A DNA stretch of 64,000 nt. Origin: Octopus vulgaris (Eukaryota). Each line of letters begins with the position of its first letter. Within the stretch, counting starts at the first letter, position 1. Shown piece by piece: positions 25,188-38,240 of this stretch. A program made the translations under genes and the position numbers. Location: assembly GCA_951406725.2 (NCBI GenBank), contig OX597822.1, forward strand, positions 38,688,001 through 38,752,000, written 5' to 3'. Below the pieces are notes generated by a model, which was not told the DNA's origin, made no database searches, and saw only the letters and a list, made by a program, of their open reading frames with translations.

Positions 25188-25421
25188 TATATGTGTGTGT
25201 GTGTGTGTCTGTGTTTGTCCCCCCAATATCACTTGATAACCGATGTTGGTGGGTGTGTTTACGTCCCCGTAACTTAGCGGTTCAGCAAAAGAGGCCGATA
25301 GAACAAGTACTAGGTTTACAAAGAATAAGTCCTGGTGTCGATTTGCTCGACTAAAGGCGGTGCTCCAGCATGGCCGCAGTCAAATGACTGAAACCAGTAA
25401 AAGAGTAAAGAGTAAAAGAGA
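24919..25421 (+). mobile_element. Family A SINE, full length
   Basis: Head GGCTGTGTGGTAAGTAGCTTG, internal (TA)/(TAGA)/(TG) tract, tail AAAAGAGTAAAGAGTAAAAGAG. Confidence 0.93.
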
Positions 25422-26095
25422 ACAAAACCTACATAATCACTGGTCGACATAATAACATCAAACTTCCACAAGATACAACTCTACACGATTGCGACCCAGT
25501 AATATAGCACAACGCAAAGTTTGAACTGTACACAATCACTAATCAATGAAGAGACACAACTCATGCAACACATTCTCTGCTACAAAAAAAAAAGAAAAAT
25601 AATAATAAACTAAAAGAACTAAACTAGCACCAGAAACAACAATGCAAAATTGAGGTGGTACACTAACATAATTGTACACAACCTAAATAAAACAAAATAA
25701 AAAGAAATACAAAACAGAAAACAACCAATTTTGCACTCACTAACACACACCTTGAGATCATAGAGGTGCATTTGGTGTTGCAGTAGAAAGTTGTACAAAA
25801 CCTAATTAACTTTCCGTTGTAATTGTTATAAGTGAAATGACACACAATCACTTGTGTGAGGATATTGATAAATTATCTATTGGATAGGTAGGCGTAGCTG
25901 CATTCTGGACAGCGGCTCTATTAAGGGTTCTATAAATGTCAATGTGACATTCTAAATACCACAGAGTCATAGGGGTTCTACCAAGCTGCTATTTAATAAC
26001 AAGAACAAGAAAGGTCGGTTGACTTGTGCACTGACATGAGTTTGGAAGACCAAAAATTCCATGTGAAATGCATCAGGATTTGGAAAGATAGAGAT

Positions 26096-26249
26096 TGGCT
26101 GTGTGGTAAGTAGCTTGCTTACGAACCACATGGTTCCGGGTTCAGTCCCACTGTGTGGAACCTTGGGCAAGTGTCTTCTACTATAGCCTCGGGCCGACCA
26201 AAGCCTTGTAAGTGGATTTGGTAGACGGAAACTGAAAGAAGCCTGTCGC

Positions 26250-26300
<51 letters not shown>

Positions 26301-26509
26301 TGTGTCTGTGTTTGTTGCCCCAACATCGCTTGACAACCGATGCTGGTGTGTTTACATCCCTGTAACTTAGCTGTTCGGCAAAAGAGACCGATAGAATAAG
26401 TACTAGGCATACAAAGAATAAGTCCTGGAGTCGATTTGCTCAACTAAAGATGTTGCTCCAGCATGGCCACAGTCAAATGACCGAAACAAGTAAAAGAGTA
26501 AAAAGAGTA
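26096..26509 (+). mobile_element. Family A SINE, full length
   Basis: Close match to 24919-25421. Confidence 0.93.
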
Positions 26510-26747
26510 TGATGTTTGAATGTTTACACTACATAGAATACACACTTGCATGATGGAAAGTACAGTGTGTGTTTGTATATGAGAGTGTGTATGAGTATAG
26601 ATAGATAGACAGATATATATATATATATATATATTTATTTTATATATATATATATATATATAGAAGATATCCTAAAGAAGATGGAGAACTTATTTATTAC
26701 AATATTTCAATCTGACATGTGTTTCTGCTGCATAAGTTCAGGCAAGA

Positions 26748-27000
26748 TTGCTTATGGAAGACCAGCAGTCACTCATGCATACCACTCTTACCTTTCCTCA
26801 TCACTGATGTTGACTGAGGGAAAGGCAAGGGGGCTGATATAGCTTGGCATTAGTGACGTCACAACTCATTTCTACGGCTGAGTGAACTGGAGCAACATGA
26901 AATAAAGTGTCTTGCTCAAGAACACAACACACAGCCTGGTCCAGGAATCAAACTACCTCATGATCATGAGCCTGATGCTCTAACCACTGGGCCATGTGCC
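26748..27000 (-). mobile_element. Family C SINE
   Basis: Reverse complement of the head and body of 46699-47038. Confidence 0.85.
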
Positions 27001-27007
27001 TATTTGC

Positions 27008-27275
27008 TTTTAGTACCTGATTATTTAACACGCTCATCGGTAAAGTTTCCACTCATTTACTTATTTATTTTTCCTAAAATTTTCATTGCATCTTGCAACC
27101 TTTTCAGACTATTGAAAATTTTAGGAAAAATAAATAAGTAAATGAGTGGAAACTTAACCAGTGAGTGTGTTAAATAATAAGGCACTAAAAGAGAATGACT
27201 CTTCCCAGACACAACAAAATATGCTTCAACACACGAACTCACATAAAGAATCTTGCAAACCAAATCCCCAAACAA
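27008..27275. repeat. Fold-back element, family G
   Basis: Arms about 27008-27085 and 27113-27190 are inverted copies; same family at 29531, 48098, 60619. Confidence 0.85.
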
Positions 27276-27276
27276 A

Positions 27277-27318
<42 letters not shown>

Positions 27319-28420
27319 CATATTTTCTGATATACAAATTGAATTCTTCACACCAAAATTTATGACCAAAAACCATAGGTTGACTCATATGCTAAAGTCA
27401 TTTTGGCAGACTAAAAATTCCATGTGAAATGCAGTAGGATTTAGAAAGACAGTTATGATTTCTGAGTGTTTTCACTACATGTTCACACTATATACTATGT
27501 TGGTTTGTATACCAAAAAATACAGTATGTCAGTTATATTTTAATGAATTTTTAATAATAAGTTCATTATCATCCCAATATATCAAAAAATAATTCTAATA
27601 AAAGTTTCTAATTTAGGTACATGGCTAACAATTTTGAGGGGAGGGGTTAGCCAAAGCCATCTACTCTGGTACTTAACTGGTTCTTTGTTGACCTGAAGAG
27701 ATGAAAGGCAAAGCTATCCTTGGTAGGATTTGAACTCAGAATGTACAGAGTCTAAACAGATACAGTTTAAAAGAGCTGTCAATCATATAAACCCTGAATA
27801 CATAACTGGTACTTTATTTCATCTTACTATTACCATTTACCTTCCACTCAATCACTGACTGTGGGCCATGCTGCAGCATCACCTTGAAGAGTTTTAGTCA
27901 AACAAATCGATCTGAGTACTTATGTTCTATTAAGTCTATATCATTTATCCTATCAGTCTCTTTCACTGAACTCCTTAGTCACAGGGATGTAAACAAACCA
28001 ACATCGATTATTAAGTGGGGTGGAGAACACACAAACACACACACACACACCACACATGCATGCACATACATACATATACACACATGCATCACACGCACAT
28101 GTGTGTGTGTGGATTTGGTCCCACTATGCAGCACCTTGGGCAAGTGTCTTCTACTAGATCCCCAAGCTATCTAAAGCTTTGTAGGCGAATCTGGTAGACA
28201 GAAACTGTGTAGAAGCCTTATTGCATATGTACATGTGCATCTCTGTGTTCTCCTCCTCCCCACCTGACAACCGGTGTTGGTTTGTTTATATTTTGTAGCT
28301 TAGCGGTTCAGCAACAGAGACCAATGAAATAAATACTAGACCAAAACAAAGAAAGAAAGAAAAAAAAGAAAAAGCTTACAGTCTGATGATTGAAACAAGT
28401 AAAAGATATACACACATATA

Positions 28421-28730
28421 GTGGAGGCGCAATGGCCTAGTGGTTAGGGCAGCACACGTGGTTGTAGGATCGTGGTTTTGATTCCCAGACCAGGCGTTGT
28501 GAGTGTTTATTTAGCGAAAACACCTAAAGCTCCACGAGGCTCTGGCTCACTTTTTCTTCCTGTTTCTGCTGTACCTGTATTTCAAAGGGCCAGCCTTGCC
28601 ACACTCTGAATCTCCCCGAGAACTATGTTAAAGGTACATGTGTCTGTGGAGTGCACATTAATTTCACGAGCAGGCTGTTCCGTTCATCAGATCAACTGGG
28701 CCCCTCGTCGTCATAACTGACGAGGTGCCA
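28421..28730 (+). mobile_element. Family D-related SINE with variant head
   Basis: GTGGAGGCGCAATGGCCTAGTGGTTAGGG head; tail shared with family D; same variant at 50170-50490. Confidence 0.85.
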
Positions 28731-29236
28731 CGATACATACATATATGAAAACAATATTATATAAAGTGCCCAACGTAAAATACATACACACATATAAACC
28801 TATAATACACCAACTATATCTACAATACTCATAAATAAGCATACACACATTGCTACTAGATAAAAAACTCACCCCAGGTAACAGGAAAAACCTTCATTAG
28901 AACCAGTCATACAGTGAGGAGAAATATTGCTGTAATTGTGTAGTGGCTCTTATGCCTCACTGAATTACACAGAAAAAGTAACAGACATTGATATAGAAGG
29001 CTACTAACTCTTGCGTTGTTCAATTTTTAAATAATCTTAGAGTGCCCCCACCTCTGGTCCGTCTATGACCATCATCATTATTACCACCGTCTCCACCGCT
29101 GCCACCACCACCAGCACTAGCACTGCCACCATCACCCTCACTGTCGCCACTCTGAGGTTAGTGTAGTTAGGGGAGGTGATGTCATTGTCCTTCATTTCAA
29201 CTATGCAAGTATTGTTCTGTGTATGTGTGTGTAAGC

Positions 29237-29271
<35 letters not shown>

Positions 29272-29654
29272 TTGATCACTTAAGGAATGACCTCCTTGAT
29301 ATAGTTTAACTTATCACACATATCTGTATATGTGTGCAAGTATATATGTATGTGTGTGACTATGTCTGTGTATGTATAAATACGTGTGACCACTTGACCA
29401 GTAGCCTTGCTGACACAGATTTCCTTTTTTACTACAAGGATGTGTGTGTGTGAGTCAAATGCAAGTAGCATTCGTGATATATATATATATATATCACGAA
29501 TACATACATACATACATATATATATATATAACTATTGAAAAGGTGGCAAGACACAACAGAAATTTTAGGAAAATAAAAATAAGAAAAAAGTGGAAATTTT
29601 ACCGGTGAGCACAAAAAGAAAATGACTCTCCCCAGACACAACAGTATATATATA

Positions 29655-29692
<38 letters not shown>

Positions 29693-29904
29693 TATAAACA
29701 TATTTTTACAATTTTTACATTTTTTAAATTTTTACATTTTGGCTTTTTGCTGAGATTTTTCTTGAGAACACATTCTTCGTGGTAATAGCGATTTGACATC
29801 TATGTTTAGCATATAGGCTGTCCACTTTAGTGGTCAGTCCTCTAAATTTAGTATATATATATATATATATATAGACACATATATATATATATATCTACAC
29901 CCAT

Positions 29905-30292
29905 GTTGCATAACCAGCCCACTCAAAAGTACCTTGGATTGTAGGGTGACAAGCTGCGCTTGAGGAGACCTATTGAGTCAAGTACATCAACAGCAATATC
30001 AAAATCAAATCAAATGGGAATTTTAGTTGTGACCCTCGTGTTGGTAGCACATAAAAAGCACCATCCGAATGTGGCTGATGCCAGTGCCGCTTTGACTGGC
30101 TTCCATGTCGGTGGCACATAAAAGGCACCCACTACACTCTCGGAGTGGTTGGCATTAGGAAGGGCATCCAGCTATAGAAACATTGCCAGATCAAATTGGC
30201 GCCTGGTGCAGCCTCCTGGCTTCCCAGACCCTAGTCGAACCATCCAACCCACACCTGCATGGAAAACAGACATTAAACGATGAAGATGATGA
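29905..30292 (+). mobile_element. Family B retroposon, long form
   Basis: Reverse complement of most of 32215-32665. Confidence 0.85.
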
Positions 30293-30310
30293 TATATATA
30301 GAAAGATATT

Positions 30311-30371
<61 letters not shown>

Positions 30372-30848
30372 GTATCTCTCTTATATAAAAGGCAAAATGG
30401 TAAAAACTTCCTCTGGTCATGAATGACCATGGGATTGCACCAAGAAAGTTCCCCTCCCTGACACAAGCCTGGGCAACGTTGTTTATGCAGTCACCTTCCC
30501 CCTCTCCGTGCCACCGATGTTATCCAAGGGAAAGGCAAAGGCTGAAAATTATCATCATCATTGTGACTTCACATTTGCTTTCCATACTGACATGGGTTGG
30601 ACAATCAGACAAGATCCAATACGTCAGGAAAGAAGGTGCATGTTTTGCTTCAGTTCTTCAATTTGGGAACAGTTTCAACAGCTGCAGGATACCCTCCCTG
30701 ATGCCAACCACTTTACAGAGTGTACTGAGTGCTTTGTTCATAGCAACCAGCAGCACTAGTGTGGTTGCCATGTAACACACACACACACACACAATGTATG
30801 TATATATATATATATCTATACACACACACACACACATATACACATGCA

Positions 30849-30879
<31 letters not shown>

Positions 30880-30885
30880 GTGTAT

Positions 30886-30917
<32 letters not shown>

Positions 30918-30947
30918 GCATATATGTGTATATATACATATCTATAT

Positions 30948-30984
<37 letters not shown>

Positions 30985-31231
30985 AGAATACAAAAATGGG
31001 ACAAGAATGCAACAGGCAATAACAAAGCATCCAGACAGTTAGATAATACAAAAAGGGACAAGAAAAAAACAAAGATGGGTCATTCAGAGTTTTCTTTCGT
31101 CAGTCGAGTTCCAGATCAACTTTGCAGTTTTGGCTGGTAATACTCAAGATTGCGCCAATCTGGCCAACCCCAAGGAAAATCTAAGCTAAGAGCACTAGAT
31201 TCCTAGGAAGAAAACAGTGAATGTGTGTGTA

Positions 31232-31319
<88 letters not shown>

Positions 31320-31324
31320 GTTAA

Positions 31325-31494
31325 TCCAAACATGAAAACACAACAATGTGAGGACGTGGAACAAATATAGTATTATTGGACGCTCAGGAAAGAAGGAAAG
31401 AAGGAGGGTTTAACGTTTTGAGCGGAGCTCTTCGTCAGAAACATAGGAAAAAGAAAGATCCAAAGAAGGGAAGCTGGAGGAAAAAAAATTGCCA

Positions 31495-31497
<3 letters not shown>
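31325..31497 (-). mobile_element. Penelope-like terminal-repeat fragment containing a minimal hammerhead-like motif
   Basis: Minus 31442-31408 GTTT-CTGACGA-A-GAGC-TCC-GCTC-AAAA-CGTT-AAAC; flanked by (TA)n. Confidence 0.55.
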
Positions 31498-31539
<42 letters not shown>

Positions 31540-31554
31540 TATATATACACACAC

Positions 31555-31589
<35 letters not shown>

Positions 31590-32214
31590 CATACACACAC
31601 ACACACACACACGTATATAAAATCCTCATCATCTAACATCCACTTTCCATTGTAGCCTAGACTGGACAAATTGTCACCATATTAATTCTTCTTGGGCGTT
31701 ACTGCTCTTCTAAATGTGTTGAAGGACATCACGTTGCTCATGTTTCCTTATTTCTTCTTGTTATGTTTCTAAAGCTGGACACCTTTTAGCACCAACCACT
31801 TTAGTGAGAGTACTGCGTGTATTCAATTGCTGCTCTGGCACCAAATACAGCGTTCCTGTCCTCAACATGACTCAAAGTCCTGTTAACTCTATTTTTATCT
31901 CCTCTCATTCTTCAACCACAGAGTGTGGCAGATGCATTTTATCATGGCACTTGTGAATTTGTCTTGTGCCCTGTAAGACTAGCAAGTCCTCCCTGGTACG
32001 TGTACATTCATTCAAGGTATTCCAACAGTGATTCTCTTTCTCTCTCTATATATATATGTGTGTATATGTGTGTGTGTGTGTTTGTATAACATTTCTGGTT
32101 TTTTTTTTCCATCCTTGTTTACATATACATTTGCTGCTTTCTTCCAAGGAATCTAATGCTTGAAACAGTCGTACTGCATCACTTCTTGATATCCTGTTGG
32201 TTATTTTGAAAAAT

Positions 32215-32728
32215 ATCATCATCATCATCATTTAACATCCATTTTCCTTGCTGGCATGGGTTGGACTGTTCGACTGGGGTCTGGGAAACCAGGAGGCTGC
32301 ACCAGGCTCCAGTCTGATCTGGCAGTGTTTCAACAGCTGGATGACCTTCTTAATGCCAACCACTCTGAGAGTGTAGTGGGCGTTTTTTTACGTGCCACCG
32401 GCACAGGGGCCAGAAGGGGCTGGCATCGACCATGATCAGATGGTGCTTTTTTATGTGCCACTGGCATGGAAGCCAGTCAAGGCAACGCTGGCATCGGCCA
32501 TGTTCGGATGGTGCTTTTTGCGTGTCACCGGTACGGGGATCACAACTACAATTTCCATTTGATTGTGATTTGATTTGATGTTGATGTACTTGACTCAATA
32601 GGTCTCCTCAAGCACGGTATGTTGCCCTACGATCCAAGGTACTTTTAAGTGGGTTGGTTATGCGACACTGGAGTAGGTTACAGCTGTGAACTCACTTTAT
32701 TTGCTGGGGCTTCTCAGTCACAGCATCT
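32215..32728 (-). mobile_element. Family B retroposon with the longest 5' extension
   Basis: (CAT)n tail at left, three GCTTTTT..GTG(C/T)CAC modules, 5' region shared with 29905. Confidence 0.88.
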
Positions 32729-32751
32729 CTCCATATACATATTATATATAG

Positions 32752-33137
32752 GCAAGAGACTTGCTTTGCAACCTTATGGTTTGGGGTTCAGTCCCACTGC
32801 ACAGTACTTTGGGCAAGTGTTTTCCACTATAGCTCTGTGCTGACCAATGCCTTATGAATGAATTTGGCAGATAGAAACTTTATGGGAGTCTGTTATATAC
32901 ATATGTGTATGTGTGTGTGTGTTTTAATTTATGTTTGTGTTTGTCCCTACCACCCCACTTAGCAACTGGTGTTGGTTTGTTTATATCCTATAACTTAGTG
33001 GTTCAGCAAACGATATTGATAGAATAAGTACCAGACTTAAAAAATAAGCATTGGAGTTGATTTGTTTGACCAAACTCTTTGAGGTGGTGCTCCAGCATGG
33101 TTGCAGTCCAATGACAGAAACACGTAAAAGAAGATAA
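32752..33137 (+). mobile_element. Family A SINE, diverged
   Basis: GGTTCAGTCCCACTG..GGTGCTCCAGCATGG. Confidence 0.8.
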
Positions 33138-33669
33138 GCTTCCTGTTGAATGAGACAAGCAGAGTGATATGAATGGCTGTTGAAGGTATTAACTAAGGAT
33201 AAGTGAAATACCATTCTTTGTCACATGGGCAGTATGGTATAGGGAATAGAGGAGAGATTGTCTGAGAGTTGGGTAGGTCAGATGAAGCCAATGTGATTCC
33301 TAGTTAATGAGGTAGAATAGTACACTGAACAAGAGACATCTACAGCCATCTTTAGTTATCCCAGCAGCAGAGAATGGTGGATAGGAAGGCATGAGAAAAG
33401 GAGTAGAGATAAGGAGTCAAGAGAAACTGTCAAAGACACAGAAGAGATGTAGACTTAATTGAGTCTATTGAACAAGGGTCCCAAATGTAGATGCTTTTCA
33501 GCCTCCCTCGGGCGTTTCTCTAGTATGTACTGCCTAGAGCAGCCCTTGGGTCCTTGCCCCTTTACAAGGCTTATGTTGCAGACTCCAAAGTGCCACTCCA
33601 TAAAAGCGTTGCCCAGGGTAGACCATCCACTACTCTCACTCTCTGCTACACGCTTTGGTGGGTTCTATT

Positions 33670-34024
33670 TTTTTCTACTCTAGACACAAGGCCCAAAATT
33701 TTGGGGGAGGAGGCCAGTTGATTAGATCAACCACAGTACACAACTGGCACTTAATTTATTGACCCTGGAAGGATGAAAGGCAAAGTCAACCCTGGCGGAG
33801 ATGACAGTTCTTTTCTACTCCGGGCACAAGGCCCGAAATTTGGTGGGAGGAAGCCAGTCGATTAGATTGACTCTAGTACACAACTGGTACTTAATTTATC
33901 GACCCCGAAAGGATGAACGACAAAGTTGACCTCGGCAGAATTTGAACTCAGAACATAAAGACAGACGAAATACCACTAAGCATATCACCCGGTGTGCTAA
34001 CGTTTCTGCCAGCTCACTGCCTTC
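33670..34024 (-). mobile_element. Family E SINE dimer inside one TSD
   Basis: 13 bp TSD GGTGGGTTCTATT at 33657-33669 and 34025-34037 flanks a full copy and a 3' half. Confidence 0.85.
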
Positions 34025-34037
34025 GGTGGGTTCTATT

Positions 34038-34352
34038 CATCAGCACTGTATCATTAATCATCTCAGTTCTTTGTCATTTCCTCTGTGAGACTCAGCATCT
34101 TGAGATCAATTTTCACCATTTCATCCCATATCCTTCTTGGTTTCCCTTTTCCAACCAGCCCTTCTTTATGCAGCCATCATCCTCCATACACATCACATGG
34201 CTCCTGCCAGTGTAGTTTCCTCCTTTGTACATTATATCTGATTCCTCTTAAATCTAGTTTTTCTCTCAGTTCATTTGTACTCTGTCCTTCTTGCATTACA
34301 TCTCCAACAGAGAAGGCTCATTTCATTTCCTTGAAGACTTCACAAATCCTCA
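34038..34352 (-). pseudogene. RTE-clade LINE ORF C-terminal fragment
   Basis: Minus frames give STNELREKLDLRGIRYNVQRRKLHW, HVMCMEDDGCIKK, GKPRRIWDEMVKIDLKML. Confidence 0.8.
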
Positions 34353-35369
34353 TTTACTAAGTAACCAACAATTCACTAATTAACAACATTACAGTTCATC
34401 AATAATCAAGGACACTTTATTTTCACATTGCTCCAGTTCACTCAGCTGTAGAAATGAGTTGCAACATCACTGGTGCCAAGCTGTATCGGCCTTTGCCTTT
34501 CCCTTGGATAACATCAGTGGCATGGAGAGGGGAGGCTGGTATGCATGGATGACTGCTGGTCTTCCATAAACAATCCCATGGTCATTCACGACTGAAAGAG
34601 GTCTTTAATGATTAAACTAACAGGAATACCTTTTATGTGGTCACTCAACATGCTAGATATGGTAGCAAAAATTTCCCTTGAATCACACTATTGATTTTAA
34701 AAACAGAAAATATTGGATAATGTAACCTGAAATACAGTGATCAATTACAGATAAGGTCACCACTATAAGTTCATCACACGGGAAGTTCATCATGAGGAAC
34801 GTTCACTGCGAGGAAAGTTTAAATATATCCATAGAATCTCACTATTTTATTGAAAATAAAATGGAGAATTGATGTCAGTGAAATTTCCTTGCAGTGAATT
34901 GATGACAGTGAACTTATTGGCCATGCAGTGACCAATAAGTTCACCATCATCAACCCTTAAACCATCCTCAGTTCTATGATACAAATTTCTTGTTTTAAAG
35001 CGATCTAAATTTAAACCTTCCATCAAAGTTCTAAGTTAGCTTATGCTCCAAACACTGTCATAATTATGACAAAGTTATTTTACTAATTTCTTCATTTTTC
35101 TCAAAAATTATTTGAAACAAATGCAGTTTATTTTAACAGAAATATGATAACAAAAGGTTTAAAAGAACTATGAAACAGAGCTGAAACACCAGTCAAGGGA
35201 TGAAATCTTTTGCAGATCACACTTTTGGACGTTACTTTTGCATGTGTCTACTACAATATATGTAGTCCACACTGTGAAATGACCTAACCTGGGTTAAGAA
35301 TAGAGTCAGGGTATAGGGTTTATGGTTAGGATTAGGGGTTAGGTTTAGGGTTAGACTACATGCTAAAGT

Positions 35370-35620
35370 TACATGGCTAGATCGTGAGCAGACAATTCGT
35401 CAACAGACAATTTGCCGACAGACAGTTCGCTGATTGGACAATAATTCGTCATGCGAAGGTATCGATCACAGAGTTCATCATAACAGAACGAGGAGGCAGA
35501 AAGCTTCTATACAAAGGATACGCCTATATTATTGATAGAACCGGAAACGAAATTGTCCTGTCTGTAAGTTGTCTGTCAACCAACTCTCTGTTGACAAATT
35601 GCCCGTCTACCAGCTACGTA
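35370..35620 (+). mobile_element. MULE-like internally deleted element with a FLYWCH fragment
   Basis: Termini built of inverted roughly 15 bp subrepeats (AGACAATTCGTCAAC); 35471-35551 encodes EFIITERGGRKLLYKGYAYIIDRTGNE. Confidence 0.7.
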
Positions 35621-36067
35621 GGCTGCCTGCTAAAGTGGCACTTCTAGTTGTTTGACAGTCTACCTCTGTGCCATGGATTTGTTCAATTCAGGTTGACTAG
35701 TTAACCTGCTACAACAATTATCCCTGAGAGGACAGCCCCCACCACTGATCCTACCAATTCCCCAAAGATCTAACAAGAGAGCCTCTAGATGGTCACATGA
35801 CCAGCTGGAAATAGAAAAATAACAATCAAATTACATCTTAAAAATCTTAAGTAAGAAAAGGATTGATAAAATAATGTAGTCCTAGATGGCCTAAAAACGC
35901 TGACAAGATGATCATGGCTGGAACACCTTTGAATAATCAGAAGTGACTTGGGGTTAAACATCAAAAACAAGAGCAGAAGCTGTCACCTCCACCACCTTAA
36001 TTCAACTACTGTAAATCTTTATTTACAGCCCAATACAACATTGTTTTATATAATACCAGAGTTATAT

Positions 36068-36452
36068 AGGAGTGGCTGTGTGGTAAGTAGCTTGCTTACC
36101 AACCACATGGTTCTGAGTTCAGTCCCACTGTGTGGCACCTTGGGCAAGTGTCTTCTACTATAGCATCAGGCCAACAAAAAGCCTTGTGAGTGGATTTGGT
36201 AGAAGGAAAATGAAAGAAGCCTGTCGTATATATGTATATATATAATATATGTATGTGTGTGTGTATATGTTTGTGTGTCTGTGTTTGTCCCCCCAACATC
36301 GCTTGACAACCGATGCTGGAGTGTTTATGTCCCCGTAACTTAGCAGTTCAGCAAAACAGACCGATAGAATAAGTCCTGGGGGCAATTTGCTCGACTAAAA
36401 GGCGGTGCTCCAGCATGGCCAAAGTCAAATGACTGAAACAAGTAAAAGAGTA
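36068..36452 (+). mobile_element. Family A SINE
   Basis: Close match to 26096-26509 with a short deletion. Confidence 0.92.
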
Positions 36453-37351
36453 ATTTCAAATCGGGACTCAGATTCTACCCACCCTCCAATCATTTTTCTT
36501 TTTTTTAATATTTTCTGCTACAGTATGGAAAAAGAAATAAAGCAAGTGAGAAGCTTCAACAATTTTCAAACACAACAATCTTTCCATTTTTTATTGCTAT
36601 CCTTCTGCAATATTATTTCAACAACTTCTAACAACTCTGTAAATTTTATTCTCAATCAAAACAGAATGTGATTGGTTTTTATGCTAATGTGATATAAAAC
36701 TGATACAATATGCCAATACCAGTATTTTTATTGAAGACCGTAATTTGATATCTATCATTTACATAACAATGTGATATCAATTAAACCATTGTAATAACCT
36801 CTCTCTCTGTCAGTATTCCACTGTTTATCATAGCTTGATGTCATTCGTTTCCATGATCAGCATGTGATATCGATGTGTGATATCCTGCTAGTATTTCATA
36901 ATCACAGTTTGATAGACTTAATTTCCTTAGCCATGTGAAATTAATGTCATCACTTCCACAGTTGCTTCAGCAACTGACTGCTCCGAATGACCTAGATTTG
37001 GAACCACAAAAGGACACACACACACAGACGCACACAGAGCAATCAGCTGCAGAGGCAATCAAGTGTTTTGTTCACTGATGTGTAACAGAATGCTGTGACA
37101 ATATAAGAGCGAACACTTGCAGAGATCTGCAAAATGGCAGTGCAGTCTGCAGCAATTAGTATCTAGGGTGTGCAGCCTTCCATGAAACTGAATGCATTTT
37201 GGTTGCAACAGTCCATCAATTAAGATTAATTATCTTGCAATATAATTACAATAATGAGATTGAAACAACCTATGGCTTCAATTTCACTGAATCCCTAAGA
37301 ACTTGTTGATTAGCCAGATCCTGCACATATTATTATTATCATATTATTATT

Positions 37352-37582
37352 GAGGGCAATGAACAGGTAGAATCGTTACCATGACAGACAAAATGTTTAA
37401 TGGCGTTTTTTCCAGCTTAACATTCTGAGTGCAAACACCACCAAGGTTGACTTTCATCATTTTGGGATTGATAAATTAAGCACCAGTGAAACACTGGAGT
37501 CGATGTAATCAACAAGTTCCCTCCCCCAAAACTTCAAGCCTTGCGCCTTTATTAGAAAGGATTATTATTGCTGTTGTTGTTA

Positions 37583-37623
<41 letters not shown>

Positions 37624-38240
37624 ATTCTGCCGAGGTTGACTTTGCCTTTCATCCTTTCAGAGGCGATAAATTAAGTACCAGTGAAATACTGGGGTTGATG
37701 TAATCGACTAGGCCCCTCCCAAAAAAATTCAAGGCCTTGTGCCATCAGTAGAAAAGATTATTTTAATTATTATTATTATTATTATGATTATTTTTATTTT
37801 TATTATTATTATTATTATTATAGGGCATTAGATTGGCAGAATCTAATGCCCTACTGCAAAATGATTTGCAGTATTTGTTTCAGCTCTTTATGTGTTCAAA
37901 TCCTGCTGCAGTTAACTTTGCCTTTCATCCTCCTGGGGTCAGTAAAACAAAATACAAGTACAGGGATTGATTAAATGGACGAATACCCTCTCCATAAGTC
38001 TGAGGTCTTATGTCTGTATTTTATTATTAAAGAGCATTGTAAGGCAGTGACCTAGCAGAATCATTAACACGTCAGTCAAACTACTAAGAGGCATTTTGTC
38101 AGTCTTTACATTCTGAGTTCAAATTCTGCTGGGGTTTTCTTTGTTTTTTATACTTTTGGGTTTGATAGAATAAGTACTGGTTGACAACTGGGGTATATGT
38201 AATCAAGTAACCTCCTCCCTCAAAATTTCTGGCCTTGTTG
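37352..38240 (+). mobile_element. Stack of four family E SINEs or fragments
   Basis: Repeated family E bodies separated by (TTA)n. Confidence 0.8.

Noticed and set aside
32640-32728. HDV-like ribozyme at the family B 5' end
   Set aside because: Only one stem (GCTGTGA/TCACAGC) is visible; the nested pseudoknot could not be built.
33140-33656. Possible LINE 5' or endonuclease fragment
   Set aside because: Too decayed to show a diagnostic motif by eye.
35300-35356. Interstitial telomere or chromosome fusion site
   Set aside because: Short, degenerate TTAGGG-like repeats embedded among transposon fragments.
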